Origin: Nitrospinaceae bacterium
GTDB lineage: Bacteria > Nitrospinota > Nitrospinia > Nitrospinales > VA-1
DNA: 63,413 bases
Direction of reading: 5' to 3'
Assembly: GCA_029261475.1 (NCBI GenBank)
Contig: JAJDBG010000018.1
Location: forward strand, 1-63,413
Shown here piece after piece: positions 16,540-26,431 of this stretch. A model generated the notes under the pieces. That model did no database searches, was not told the origin of the DNA, and saw only the letters and a program-made list of their open reading frames with translations. The first letter of the stretch is position 1. Each line of letters starts with the position of its first letter. Made by a program: the position numbers and the translations under genes.

Positions 16540-18666
16540 TTACTCTGTTGCATTAAAAATGTCTGAAGTGAATAGAGTAAGTAAACGTTCAATTGACAAC
16601 TCATCCTCCAATCCATTAAGCAAAATCTCGCTAATCGTGTTAACTCCGCGGCTAACAAATCGCATACTCAACAAGTACATCGTAATTGCGCGCTCAACGT
16701 TTTTAGGGAATAGAATTTCACAAATTGAAAAAGCGTGCCGAACTGTAATAAGCCATAGCTGAATCAATCCTACAGTAGTATTTTTTACGTCATTTCCAAC
16801 AAACTTGGATAAAACATCACTGTAGTCACGAAGGCTAACTTCTGCTGCTACAAAAAGGTAACGCCATGCCTCATTTGTTACTGGCGCATCTATGGTAACG
16901 ATTTGAGAACCACTTATTCCACCCAGATCGCTCAACTTGTTGACAACATCTGACCTAACTTGTTTCAGTCGTAATATCCGGCCTGAAGTTGCACTAGCTT
17001 GGAACGCGTATCTATATGCTAGTCCATACGCACATGAACAAGAAAGCATAAGCTTAGCAACATCATACGCGGGATCATAAGCTACGTTCTTTATAGCCAA
17101 TTCGAATTCATTCTTTGAGCAAATCTCTCCTATGGGCTCATGCAGTTTCAGTATATATTCTGGATCAAAGGCGATTTCTTTAGGATCTATCGAGATAACG
17201 AGAGGATCCTCGGGAACGCTAGCGTCGATTAGAAAATTTCCAAAATGAGCGTCTCCATGTGATCGACCACGAATGAAGGGGGATTCTATTTTGTCTTTTT
17301 CGTCGAGTTTAGCGAGAGCTTTACTAATTTTAGTGAGTTCCTTTGTTACATTACTACAATTGGTTTTACTTTTATACTTACCCCACAAAAGATTTATTTC
17401 AAAATCGGTTTCATGGTTCTGATCCATGCTATTGAAAATCCATCTCATGCCCTGTACACTATCAGTCACTTCTTTGGGATCAAACACATCAATTCCACGC
17501 TCAAGCTTGATCGGAATTCCAGCTTTGATTCTTTCAATTTTACTCAGAATGTTTTCACAAGCCGAACCGCTATGATAAATTGCTAGTGCTAAACCTGCAG
17601 ATAAGTATGCTCTTGTCTTAGTCGAACTCATCGGTTCCAAACTGGGCCCCCAATAAATGCTTTTCATGTGAGCAAAGCTCGATCGTACAAGTGAAGAAAC
17701 TTCGTAATCTCTAAGACCGCTAGTGAAACTAAGCACATCGAGCAATGAAGACAAGGTAAATCTGGGCATTCTATACCAAGCAAAAGCAACATCTCTGTCA
17801 GCTTCACTTGGAGAATTAGTCAAGTCCGGGTCTTCTCTTTCGATACGAGGAACGCTATGGCCGTTAGTTTTATTCAGCTCGCGCAAAATCTCTAATTGTT
17901 GTTGTATGTCCCTGATCTCTCCATATTTGATAATGCTCCCTTTGACAGCCTGACGCAGTGCTTTTTGATAATAACGTTCCTTTTCATAGAACAGAGTCAA
18001 TGTCGCGAAACTACTCGTTCTGGCGGCCTGAAAAAGTGCGTCCGCAATGACCTCTATTTTTTCCTCAGTAAGAAAAAACCCCACCTGTAATAGTTCCAAT
18101 CCTCTCACTCCAGAGTTTTCTTTTTCTGTGACACGATAATCGGGCTTCAAAAAAAAATATTTTTGACCAGAGATTTGAGTCTCACTTCTTAATTCATCTA
18201 TCAAGCGATTAATGTTCGGATCGAGGCCAGGATGAGTATTGATAACAGCGTTTGTTGATTGCTTCACCGATTTAAGGGTTCCGTTGGAATATAGTCGTTG
18301 TGCTTTGACGACTTTCCCTGCATCGTCGATATGGAGCACCAGAAAGTAGTCATTCGTCTTTGATTCTTCAAGTGTTCCGTAAATTGTGGCAACAAAGCCC
18401 GCCTTGCTTAGACTAATCGGGAATTTATCACGTATTAAATCCAATAGAGATCCAGCATCCTGCAAAATTACACTTTGAAGACTTTTTAAGTCTAGGGTTG
18501 AAACAGGAGCATAGAAAAGATCCGAATGAAGGTCAACTGTTGTAAGAAACATCGTTCCACTTGGAAAGGTAACTGAATCTCGAATGACGTCAAACAATCT
18601 AATTTCAATTTCTCTACCCCACACAGATGAAATTTGGGGTAGCGATTCACGAGTGTTTCTATCCAT
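16540..18666 (-). CDS. Large protein with C-terminal APH/choline-kinase-fold phosphotransferase domain and an uncharacterised ~430-aa N-terminal region
   Basis: 708 aa. HGDAHFGNFLID (catalytic loop), ISIDPK (metal-binding Asp), AYDPAYDVAKL (compare the GDPxxDLA motif of APH-family kinases). Confidence 0.55.
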   Translation of the reverse strand: MDRNTRESLPQISSVWGREIEIRLFDVIRDSVTFPSGTMFLTTVDLHSDLFYAPVSTLDLKSLQSVILQDAGSLLDLIRDKFPISLSKAGFVATIYGTLEESKTNDYFLVLHIDDAGKVVKAQRLYSNGTLKSVKQSTNAVINTHPGLDPNINRLIDELRSETQISGQKYFFLKPDYRVTEKENSGVRGLELLQVGFFLTEEKIEVIADALFQAARTSSFATLTLFYEKERYYQKALRQAVKGSIIKYGEIRDIQQQLEILRELNKTNGHSVPRIEREDPDLTNSPSEADRDVAFAWYRMPRFTLSSLLDVLSFTSGLRDYEVSSLVRSSFAHMKSIYWGPSLEPMSSTKTRAYLSAGLALAIYHSGSACENILSKIERIKAGIPIKLERGIDVFDPKEVTDSVQGMRWIFNSMDQNHETDFEINLLWGKYKSKTNCSNVTKELTKISKALAKLDEKDKIESPFIRGRSHGDAHFGNFLIDASVPEDPLVISIDPKEIAFDPEYILKLHEPIGEICSKNEFELAIKNVAYDPAYDVAKLMLSCSCAYGLAYRYAFQASATSGRILRLKQVRSDVVNKLSDLGGISGSQIVTIDAPVTNEAWRYLFVAAEVSLRDYSDVLSKFVGNDVKNTTVGLIQLWLITVRHAFSICEILFPKNVERAITMYLLSMRFVSRGVNTISEILLNGLEDELSIERLLTLFTSDIFNATE

Positions 18667-18682
18667 TGACAGTACCTGTAGG

Positions 18683-19705
18683 TTAGCTGATTATATTTTC
18701 AAGCACAGATTTAGTTGCAAACTTATGGATTAACTCAGCCGATATGTTAACCTGATTCGGTTCTCCAATATTTTGTCTCATATTTGAAGTATATACAAAA
18801 CCATTCTCGGGACAAGGGACTTTGAAGCCCTTAGGCAGATTTTCCCCGAAGAGATTTTTTACATAGTCTGCTCCAGCACGATTTGATGGAAATCCCAAGA
18901 ACTCTCTAACTTTTTTTGCCCAGTCGCTAATCGGCAACTCTGGTTCACCGAAGTCTTCTAGTTCTTGAGCCATAACGTCGATAAGAATTTCAGCACAGAA
19001 TTTTAGCAATTTTTTATCATCACAAAAATGTTGCACAGGCTTGGAACGAGCGTATGCCCAGCTAAATAGATTTGAATTTATCTTAGTCTGGAGATCGTGA
19101 TGAACATCTGCGTAATCATCTGCAAGCTGTAAAAGGAATAATGCACGAATTGCTAGAAGTTCCCTAGCATACATTTCGTTCTCATTAAACTGAGTCTTTA
19201 GGCAATCAAAAGGCAATGAGAGTAGTGCACATTTCCCATAAGCAGTCTTGAAAGAAGGTTGTACACCAGATTGCAAGAGATCGTACGTGTAGGAGATTGC
19301 AGACAACCGTCTTTTCAGCATTGAAACCGCCACTTCATGATCATTGGTTAAATCGCATAAAAGTTCTAAACAAAAGTCCGAGAGGATTTCTCGAATTTCT
19401 CGTAGTGTCGATGGACTCAACCCGATATCATCGTGATCCCTGATTGCGTCATCAACTACAATGAAGCCTCGAGCAACTATGACCAATCGAGACAACATAG
19501 TCTCAACTACCGATGTCAATTCACCTCTTTTAAAAAAAAAGAAGCTGAGAAAAGTACCCAAACAGCGATCAACACCTATCAAATGATCTAGACATTTACC
19601 GTTTATTTGGAGATTCTCACATTTCCGGCCTAAGGCGGCGTTGAACCAGTTTTTAAGATCGGATTGATGTGCATGCATCATGGTCAGTTTGGGCAAATCT
19701 CTCAT
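18683..19705 (-). CDS. All-alpha protein resembling class I isoprenoid synthases (squalene/phytoene-synthase-like)
   Basis: 340 aa. Two Asp-rich motifs about 115 residues apart: IVVDDAIRDHDD and LQLADDYADVHHDL. 4-nt ATGA overlap with the DedA-like gene. Confidence 0.4.
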   Translation of the reverse strand: MRDLPKLTMMHAHQSDLKNWFNAALGRKCENLQINGKCLDHLIGVDRCLGTFLSFFFFKRGELTSVVETMLSRLVIVARGFIVVDDAIRDHDDIGLSPSTLREIREILSDFCLELLCDLTNDHEVAVSMLKRRLSAISYTYDLLQSGVQPSFKTAYGKCALLSLPFDCLKTQFNENEMYARELLAIRALFLLQLADDYADVHHDLQTKINSNLFSWAYARSKPVQHFCDDKKLLKFCAEILIDVMAQELEDFGEPELPISDWAKKVREFLGFPSNRAGADYVKNLFGENLPKGFKVPCPENGFVYTSNMRQNIGEPNQVNISAELIHKFATKSVLENIIS

Positions 19706-20391
19706 TGTTTTTTTTCGTTAGTGGTTGCAACCGGCTTACGGCGCGCTAAATAAAATAAAATTGGAAACCCGGCAAGAGTTGAAATAAATAGTACCCAGAA
19801 ATAGGGATCTTTGGTATCAATACCGCTGCCCATATAAGAAAGAGATAAGCTACCTCCGACATGTCCCAAGAGATTTGCAATTAAGAACCAGTTAAAACGC
19901 ATTTTCGAAAGTCCGACCAAATAACTAATTTCGTCGTCTGGAAATAGTGGCAAAAAGTACACGAGAAACAAGACATCCGCTCGGTTTGAAACAAACTTAT
20001 CGTACTTGGCGATAGTTTGTGAGGGGACAAACTTACGAACAATTGGTGAGCCAATAGATCTACTCAAGCCAAAAGCAATCAAGTGACCAATAACCCTACC
20101 TATATAATTGTAAATTCCACCCAGAATTGGACCATAAAGAAAACCGCCCATGTACCCTACGCTATAGTGTGAAAGAGGCGCTACAACAACTTGGAGAATC
20201 TGAAGAGCAATGAAAAGAATAGGTGCCCAGTTATCGTATTTACTCGAAAATTCGCGAATTTGTTCTTGCGTTGAGAAAAAGCTGATCGGGTCGATTAGAC
20301 TCAATATGATGCCAATTATTGGTATTACGGTTATCAAAACCCAAAATATGAGACCGATATATCTGCTTGAATTTTTGATTGTTTCATTCAT
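19702..20391 (-). CDS. DedA / TVP38-TMEM64 family membrane protein
   Basis: 229 aa, polytopic. Core VAPLSHYSVGYMGGFLYGPILGGIYNYIGRVIGHLIAFGLSRSIG is typical of SNARE-associated/DedA-superfamily proteins. Confidence 0.75.
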   Translation of the reverse strand: MNETIKNSSRYIGLIFWVLITVIPIIGIILSLIDPISFFSTQEQIREFSSKYDNWAPILFIALQILQVVVAPLSHYSVGYMGGFLYGPILGGIYNYIGRVIGHLIAFGLSRSIGSPIVRKFVPSQTIAKYDKFVSNRADVLFLVYFLPLFPDDEISYLVGLSKMRFNWFLIANLLGHVGGSLSLSYMGSGIDTKDPYFWVLFISTLAGFPILFYLARRKPVATTNEKKQ

Positions 20392-20415
20392 AAGTTTGTC
20401 CCTTTAAGTACTATA

Positions 20416-21324
20416 TTAAACTGAAGATAATTCTAAAAAGCGCAAAACTGTGGCGGTGGTAAATATTCTCTTAACGTCAGCGTATAACGGACCTGTGGAT
20501 ATCCTTTTCTTTACCCACTGTTCTGTACTATCCGGCTCTACATATTTTAATATGGGCCGCGCTTTCCAGGAGCCATCAGGTTTTTGGCTAGAAATAAGAT
20601 AACTGAGCACGTGCATTTTTGCGTCATTATCGCCTATATATATTGCCGCGAGTCCTGATAATGCGGCTTCAAAGGGTCCCCTGTACGAGAGGGTATCTCT
20701 TATCCAATTTATTATCAAAAGTTCCTTCGGGTGTTTGAACTTACCATATTGGAGTGCCCATGAGCAAACAAAGTTTGAGTAATGGTGGGTTCTCCACCAA
20801 AATGATGGACAGGTACCAAATTTCAAAGTTTCATCGGAAAGAAAGTCAAGAAACGATGTGAAACGAGCTGGATCTTCCAACGCAATGTTAGTAACTGCAC
20901 TAACCTCGTGATGAATTTGTGACCAGGAGTGTGAGTCGGATTTATCGTTGAAAGTCTTGAATAGACCGGGTTTAACTTCAAAGCAGATTAGCCGTTCATA
21001 ACAATCAGCGGGTACCTGGATATGATTTGAGGTAAGGGCGAGGATCGCCAGGGCGGTCGAATCGCAGTCATCAGATACAATTTCATTGTAACCCCATCCA
21101 CCATTCTTTCGCTTTGCAGACAAAAGAAAGTCGATTGCCTTTTGTATAGCAATTGATAGATTCTTGTCTTTATACTTTAACGAGCCTAGAGTTAAGAGAA
21201 CATAAGCTGTTACCCACGATGTAGATTCACCAACATCAAGCCTGAAATCACGCCACGCTCCATCACCTGATTGAAGTTTTGATAAGAACCTGATAGCATC
21301 GTTGACTGCCTTGTTCGTGTCCAT
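20416..21324 (-). CDS. Prenyltransferase / squalene-oxidase (QW) repeat protein, terpene-cyclase-like alpha-alpha barrel
   Basis: 302 aa. QW-type repeats QSGDGAWRDF, RKNGGWGYN, QKPDGSWKA. The Asp-rich SDDCDSTALAILAL recalls the DxDDTA motif of class II cyclases. Confidence 0.7.
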   Translation of the reverse strand: MDTNKAVNDAIRFLSKLQSGDGAWRDFRLDVGESTSWVTAYVLLTLGSLKYKDKNLSIAIQKAIDFLLSAKRKNGGWGYNEIVSDDCDSTALAILALTSNHIQVPADCYERLICFEVKPGLFKTFNDKSDSHSWSQIHHEVSAVTNIALEDPARFTSFLDFLSDETLKFGTCPSFWWRTHHYSNFVCSWALQYGKFKHPKELLIINWIRDTLSYRGPFEAALSGLAAIYIGDNDAKMHVLSYLISSQKPDGSWKARPILKYVEPDSTEQWVKKRISTGPLYADVKRIFTTATVLRFLELSSV

Positions 21325-22024
21325 GTAATCCTTATATTATCGACTATTGTTAAAAAAAATAATAAAGCGTTATGTTTTCCCCTAGTGGTTGTTGTGCAAC
21401 TACTACCTCAACGGTAAATAGTATTTAATAATAATCTGATTCTAAGTAAATCGTCAGGAAGTGTGAATTATAACCATTGTGTAACATTAACGCAAGTCAA
21501 AAAATGCTCAGTTTGTTTTGGACTTTGCATATTAGCCACTATCGTTAAACTTTCCCACTTTACCCATGTCCACATTGCCTAATCTGTTGGGCGAAGCCAC
21601 GGCCTCATGCATTGTCCTAGACGTTTCTGATTAGACTTGTTTCTTAACGTAACTATTCCCAAGTGTTAAAGCTCATAAAATCTCTATGGATATTTAATAA
21701 GGGTTTCACTTGATGTTAACTCCCATTTCTTCAACTATATAACCTGATCAGCTTTTAACCTTTTTCATTCCAGAAATACCTAATCATGAAAAAACTATCG
21801 CGGAGCGGTTTCGTTCAACATAGTATTGAATGGAACAAATTCTGCATTTCATGAAGAATTTTATTGTATGAAAAACCAAACCTCACGTAATGAATATTGG
21901 GCTAATATAGTCATATTTTTGTTTATCAAACAAACACGAGGTTTACATAAAAAGGAAATCTTAACGGACTTTATCGAAATTTGATTCTCTCTTAAAATGA
22001 TTTTCTTCGCTCAGAAACTGAATA

Positions 22025-22176
22025 AATTGGTATACATATGCTTGTCATTCGGGAGCCCCATGAGGGAGGGTTCAGATGATGCTAGGTATCTTATCCCAAG
22101 AGAAATGTCTTATGTCTCCCATTTCATTATGTTAATATAAATTCTTGCCCAATTACATGCAACTAAAAAATGAATG
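22025..22176 (+). repeat. Intergenic module, copy 2 (partner at 14121-14238)
   Basis: See the feature at 14121-14238. This copy has two extra internal insertions. Confidence 0.7.
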
Positions 22177-22223
22177 TGAGGACTATGACTAGAGTTACAA
22201 AATTACGAGTCAGAAATTGCAGC

Positions 22224-22259
22224 TCAATAACAAACCCCGAGTCTTTAGGCTTCGGGGTT
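22224..22259 (-). terminator. Rho-independent terminator after the integrase gene
   Basis: Hairpin ACCCCGAGTCTTTAGGCTTCGGGGT (22234-22258). On the minus strand it is followed by TTTGTTATT. Confidence 0.7.
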
Positions 22260-22296
22260 GATATAGATGTTATTTAGCGGAGAGTTCGTTGCGATT

Positions 22297-23301
22297 TTAA
22301 TAAGGCAATCTTGAAACGCCGGCAGCCAGATGATCAGGAGCAAGATGCGCATACATTTCAGTAATCCTCATTTCAGAATGACCCAAAAGCTCCTTAACCG
22401 TGTACAAATCAACGCCATTCATAACCAAATGGCTGGCAAACGTATGACGAAGGGTATGCACGGAAAAATTCAAATTTAGTCCGGCTCTCTTGATGTAGTT
22501 CTTGAACTTATGTGTCACGAAGTGACGCTTATGATTGAAAGGTTTTTCGCAGCTAGCTTCTTTGCTATTAAGGACTTCCAAAAGTCGGTCGTTGATAGGT
22601 ATCTCTCTGTCCTTTCTGCCTTTTGTTTTGGTTATTTTAATTACCCTTCTAACCAGATCAATATTAGCCCAGGTTAAACTGAGTGCTTCCCCCCTTCGGC
22701 ACCCTGTATGCAAGTAGAAAAGTACCAAGTCTTTAAAATTAGAATTATCTATGACCGCCATAAGTTTCTCGACATCTTCAAGCGTTAGATATTCTGGAAG
22801 ATTGTTGCCATCTAACTTGTACTGCTTGACGTTACTGAAAGGGCTTTCCTTAAGATATCCGTAAACCTGTACTCCGAAATTGAATGCTGATTTTAGATGG
22901 CGGATTTCCATATTAACCGACGTCTTGCTAACTCTTTCCTGCCGGTGAATTTTGTAGTCCTCAATGTTTTTTCTAGTTATCTTTTTTAGCGGCATATCAC
23001 CGAGGAAGTCCAACAGGTAATTAAGGAATCGCTCATTGAGAGCATAAGTTGCTTTACCATGTTCGGCCTGAGAATATTTAAGGTAGGCCTCTATGAGTTT
23101 GCTTAGGCGAACAGCTTTTTTCTTATGAGATAAATCCAGCTTTCCGAGGTTTAGGTCGACTTCAATTTTTGCTTTCATCTGCTCGGCGACCCGGCGACTT
23201 CCCGTTTTGGTATTGAACCAATGGCGTTGGCCTTCGTTATCGTAGTAATCGATAATCCAGACTAAATCACCTTGCCTTTTTCGTTTACGTAAACACGCCA
23301 A
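22297..23301 (-). CDS. Tyrosine recombinase / phage-type integrase
   Basis: 334 aa. C-terminal catalytic region HTLRHTFASHLVMNGVDLYTVKELLGHSEMRITEMYAHL, with R in GCRRGEAL. Confidence 0.95.
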   Translation of the reverse strand: MACLRKRKRQGDLVWIIDYYDNEGQRHWFNTKTGSRRVAEQMKAKIEVDLNLGKLDLSHKKKAVRLSKLIEAYLKYSQAEHGKATYALNERFLNYLLDFLGDMPLKKITRKNIEDYKIHRQERVSKTSVNMEIRHLKSAFNFGVQVYGYLKESPFSNVKQYKLDGNNLPEYLTLEDVEKLMAVIDNSNFKDLVLFYLHTGCRRGEALSLTWANIDLVRRVIKITKTKGRKDREIPINDRLLEVLNSKEASCEKPFNHKRHFVTHKFKNYIKRAGLNLNFSVHTLRHTFASHLVMNGVDLYTVKELLGHSEMRITEMYAHLAPDHLAAGVSRLPY

Positions 23302-23382
23302 TTTTATACCTCCTGTTTTGGGTTGAATAATGCATTGCCTTCAACCCAAATTGTAGCGCGAATCAGGATTTGACGCCAGTGG

Positions 23383-23751
23383 TCACCCATCACGGCTATC
23401 CAGGATTTCATTGGCAGTTGGGAATAGAACAGGAAATTTCTTAAGGTCACTTCGGTGAATACGCACCAAGCCTCCGACTTTGTAGTAGCGCAGCCGTCTT
23501 TCGTACAGCCATTTCCTTACTGTTTTTGACGAGGTCTGGAAATGCACCGCTGCATCATCGACCGTGAGCCATTCCGTTTTCCCCACCTGGCTGTTTAGGT
23601 CATTCTGTTTTCTACTTGGACTATTCATTTCATTGCCAATACGCCATAGGTTGTGCACATCAGAACCCTTACCTCGACTTGATTTCTTGAGATTCATGAG
23701 TGTGATGCCTCGTTCGCTCGAACATTTCAGTTGTTCTACTTTACTGCTCAC
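23383..23751 (-). CDS. Excisionase-family (MerR-like) HTH DNA-binding protein; true start probably internal
   Basis: WLTVDDAAVHFQTSSKTVRKWLYERRLRYYKVGGLVRIHRSDL. The long form overlaps the relaxase 3-prime end by 11 nt. Internal Met codons (MNLKK, MNSPS) are alternative starts. Confidence 0.75.
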   Translation of the reverse strand: MSSKVEQLKCSSERGITLMNLKKSSRGKGSDVHNLWRIGNEMNSPSRKQNDLNSQVGKTEWLTVDDAAVHFQTSSKTVRKWLYERRLRYYKVGGLVRIHRSDLKKFPVLFPTANEILDSRDG

Positions 23752-26431
23752 CCATCTGGCGCCTCTGTAAACTCAATTCAAGGGCCATTTCTTTTTGAGG
23801 GGTTAATGTTTTCGGGGCATAATCCAACGTCGACGTCTTCTGCTGTTCAACCTGTGCCTGTTCAGTAAACTGTGCTTTATCATTTGTGTAAATATGCAAG
23901 TCTTCCCGCGCTCGGCTGGCTGCAACATAGAGCGAGTTATAATTGACACCCTTTCTGGTGTCGGCTTGATAGATGACAGCCTGTGCTTCCTGGCTTTGTG
24001 CTTTGAAGTTTGTCACCGCATAGCCATGGTCAATGTAGGCGTAGTCCTTAGTCTTAATATTCACGACTTTCTTGCCGTCGGTTAAGACCGACATAGTACC
24101 GTCTCTGTTAGCCAACACCTTTCCCATGCGGCCGTTTTCAACACCGACTTTCTTGTCCGACTTCAGAAAAATGACTTTGTCTCCTTTCGAGAACTCCTGC
24201 TTTTGGCGGGTATAAGCGCTAAGATGATGCCCTTGCTTGCTTAAATCAATTTCGACTTTCTTCCGTATTTTTTTGGAAGTGATGCGGGCGGTTGCTCTGT
24301 TCTTGGCATGATTGACTGACAAAATTTCTCCGTAACTGCCTTTTCCGAAATCCTTTATAGGTTGCGATAAGAAAAACCCATCCCCTTTCTCATAGCTGAA
24401 GCTCATGTTGCGTTCACCAAGGGTTATATTCTTGGGATGGTTGGTGTAGACATCATGACCTCTCCTGCTCAAACGGCGGCCGGCCTTCAGGCTTTCTCTG
24501 ATATCTTGATTGAGTTGATGCCGTTCTTCGTTGGACTCAGTGATTACCAACGTATCCTGCTTTTTGGACAGGTCGTGATATTTGTCAACCACGGCTTTAA
24601 ATCTCGCCTCCGAATCCGGGATTTCAAGAAATTGTCCATCGCTATCAAATGAATTCAGCGCCTGATCGACATCCTTATCAGCTATAGACCGAATAGCCTT
24701 TTTAAGGAATGGGTCTTTTTGCCGGATATTCTCCTGCATGCGCACCATTTTCGTAAGCTGTTTTTCCTGAACTTTATTGAAAATCGCTCCGGCAGCGATA
24801 GACAATTTTTGTTTGTTGTCACCTATTAATAAAATAGAGTCTTTGCTTTTAGTGCGTTGTAAAAGTTCTTGGAATTTCCGTGAACCCAGAAGTGAGGCTT
24901 CGTCGACCACCAATAGCTGGCGGCGGGTATTTTTTTGATTCTTAATGAGAAAGGCGTCCAGAGTGCTGGCATTTACCAGGCCTTTGGCGCGTAGTGCCTC
25001 AGCAGCCAGGGATGTTGGAGATACCGGTACCACGTCGTAACCGGCGCGGCTATAGTTTCGGGCAACGATTTCCAACATGGTGGTCTTGCCGGTACCAGCA
25101 TCGCCCTGCACCAGACTAACCTGGTCACGGCTTCCTAATATATGCCGGATGCTTTTCTGCTGGTCAGATGTCAGTCTCTTTTTTCCCGGCATGAGCATAA
25201 ACCCCTGACGTGCAAGCAGGGATTTCTGTGCGGATTCGCCTTTGGCAAGATGATTGACGATAGCAGTTTCAATCTTCTGTATTTCCTCGGTTGTAAATGA
25301 TTGTCCGTTGTCCAGATTGATTATATTTTTTGACACCACCATATCCTTTTCAATGTCGGCAACGGTTTTATCGCCAATAGAGTATTTCAATCCGAGGGTA
25401 AGAATATCCTCCTTTGATAGCACGGACTCTTCTTGCGTCAAGACATCCGCGGCCAAATCAGCATGATTGGTTTGCTTTTGGGAAATGTTTTTTTGCCGCA
25501 GGACTTTTTTGAGCAATTTATTTTTGTCATAGCCCAGCTTTTGCCACTTGGCCTGCCAGTGCGATTGTAATTCTTTCGCAGTCAGGTTTACTTTGCTCTG
25601 GCGCGAGCGTTCAGCAGCTAAGCCCTTAAGCACGCTTTCGCGGGCTGCCGGAAATAGCTTGCGCAACTCCGGTAGCGTTTTGCGTATTTGTTCGGAGCGG
25701 GTTGAATAGGCATCGATGAGCTCCTGTGGCACACCTTTTATCTCGAATAAACCTTTTGGTTTTGGCGCAATCGCCAAGCCTAAGTTTTTTAGTTTGGCGG
25801 CAAGTTGATTTCGATAAATCTGGCCAACAAACATTTTTTGAAAATGAAAGTTCTCGTTGGAATAGGCACGCCACTCGCCATCGGGACGTTTGGTTATATT
25901 GGGACAGACGGCATGACAATGTAATTGTGGGTCTAGCGCTCTGGAAGTGTTTTCGGTAAAGATGGCAAAAGCCAGGTTACCGGTATTAAACGTTTGTGTT
26001 TCATGATTGATAGTAATACGTGCCTGAGCATAGTTTTTTTCGAAGTAACTAAGTGCTTCCTGTACAGCTGTTTGATGCGCGTTATAGATATTTTCTTTAA
26101 GATTAGGTGCGATGAGTTCAGCTAATAAACTTACGGACTTTGGAGCAGAGAAAGTGTAATCGATACCGGCACGACGCTCCTTATTAACACCCGGCTCAAT
26201 TAACTGTTTTCTACCTTTTGGTGACCAGCCGTTAAGGAGATTCTCAAACTCTCGTTTGCCCACAGCTTCACCTTCAAGATGAAGATGCTTACTTGCTTTG
26301 CCAAACCAGACACCAGGTTTTTCCAGGTAGTAATCCGTTTGTTCCTGATTCTTTGCAGAAACAGATTGCTCATTCAGCACTTGGTAATAGGCTGAGGCAC
26401 CACTGGCAGTGATATAATTAAGGCTAAGCAT
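23741..26431 (-). CDS. TrwC/TraI-type (MOBF-like) conjugative relaxase fused to RecD/TraA-like helicase
   Basis: 896 aa. N-terminus MLSLNYI...SAYY...DYY, FSAPKSVS, histidine triad DPQLHCHAVCPN, AAA_30-type Walker A GDAGTGKTTM, Walker B LLVVDEASL. Confidence 0.95.
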   Translation of the reverse strand: MLSLNYITASGASAYYQVLNEQSVSAKNQEQTDYYLEKPGVWFGKASKHLHLEGEAVGKREFENLLNGWSPKGRKQLIEPGVNKERRAGIDYTFSAPKSVSLLAELIAPNLKENIYNAHQTAVQEALSYFEKNYAQARITINHETQTFNTGNLAFAIFTENTSRALDPQLHCHAVCPNITKRPDGEWRAYSNENFHFQKMFVGQIYRNQLAAKLKNLGLAIAPKPKGLFEIKGVPQELIDAYSTRSEQIRKTLPELRKLFPAARESVLKGLAAERSRQSKVNLTAKELQSHWQAKWQKLGYDKNKLLKKVLRQKNISQKQTNHADLAADVLTQEESVLSKEDILTLGLKYSIGDKTVADIEKDMVVSKNIINLDNGQSFTTEEIQKIETAIVNHLAKGESAQKSLLARQGFMLMPGKKRLTSDQQKSIRHILGSRDQVSLVQGDAGTGKTTMLEIVARNYSRAGYDVVPVSPTSLAAEALRAKGLVNASTLDAFLIKNQKNTRRQLLVVDEASLLGSRKFQELLQRTKSKDSILLIGDNKQKLSIAAGAIFNKVQEKQLTKMVRMQENIRQKDPFLKKAIRSIADKDVDQALNSFDSDGQFLEIPDSEARFKAVVDKYHDLSKKQDTLVITESNEERHQLNQDIRESLKAGRRLSRRGHDVYTNHPKNITLGERNMSFSYEKGDGFFLSQPIKDFGKGSYGEILSVNHAKNRATARITSKKIRKKVEIDLSKQGHHLSAYTRQKQEFSKGDKVIFLKSDKKVGVENGRMGKVLANRDGTMSVLTDGKKVVNIKTKDYAYIDHGYAVTNFKAQSQEAQAVIYQADTRKGVNYNSLYVAASRAREDLHIYTNDKAQFTEQAQVEQQKTSTLDYAPKTLTPQKEMALELSLQRRQMGEQ

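Noticed and set aside
16380-16762. ORFs 16380..16658 (-) and 16523..16762 (+)
   Set aside because: They overlap the 3-prime end of the 708-aa gene or lie in its shadow, and have no motifs.
25626-25959. ORFs inside the relaxase gene on both strands
   Set aside because: They are embedded in a gene with clear TrwC and helicase motifs, and are Arg/Cys-rich shadow translations.
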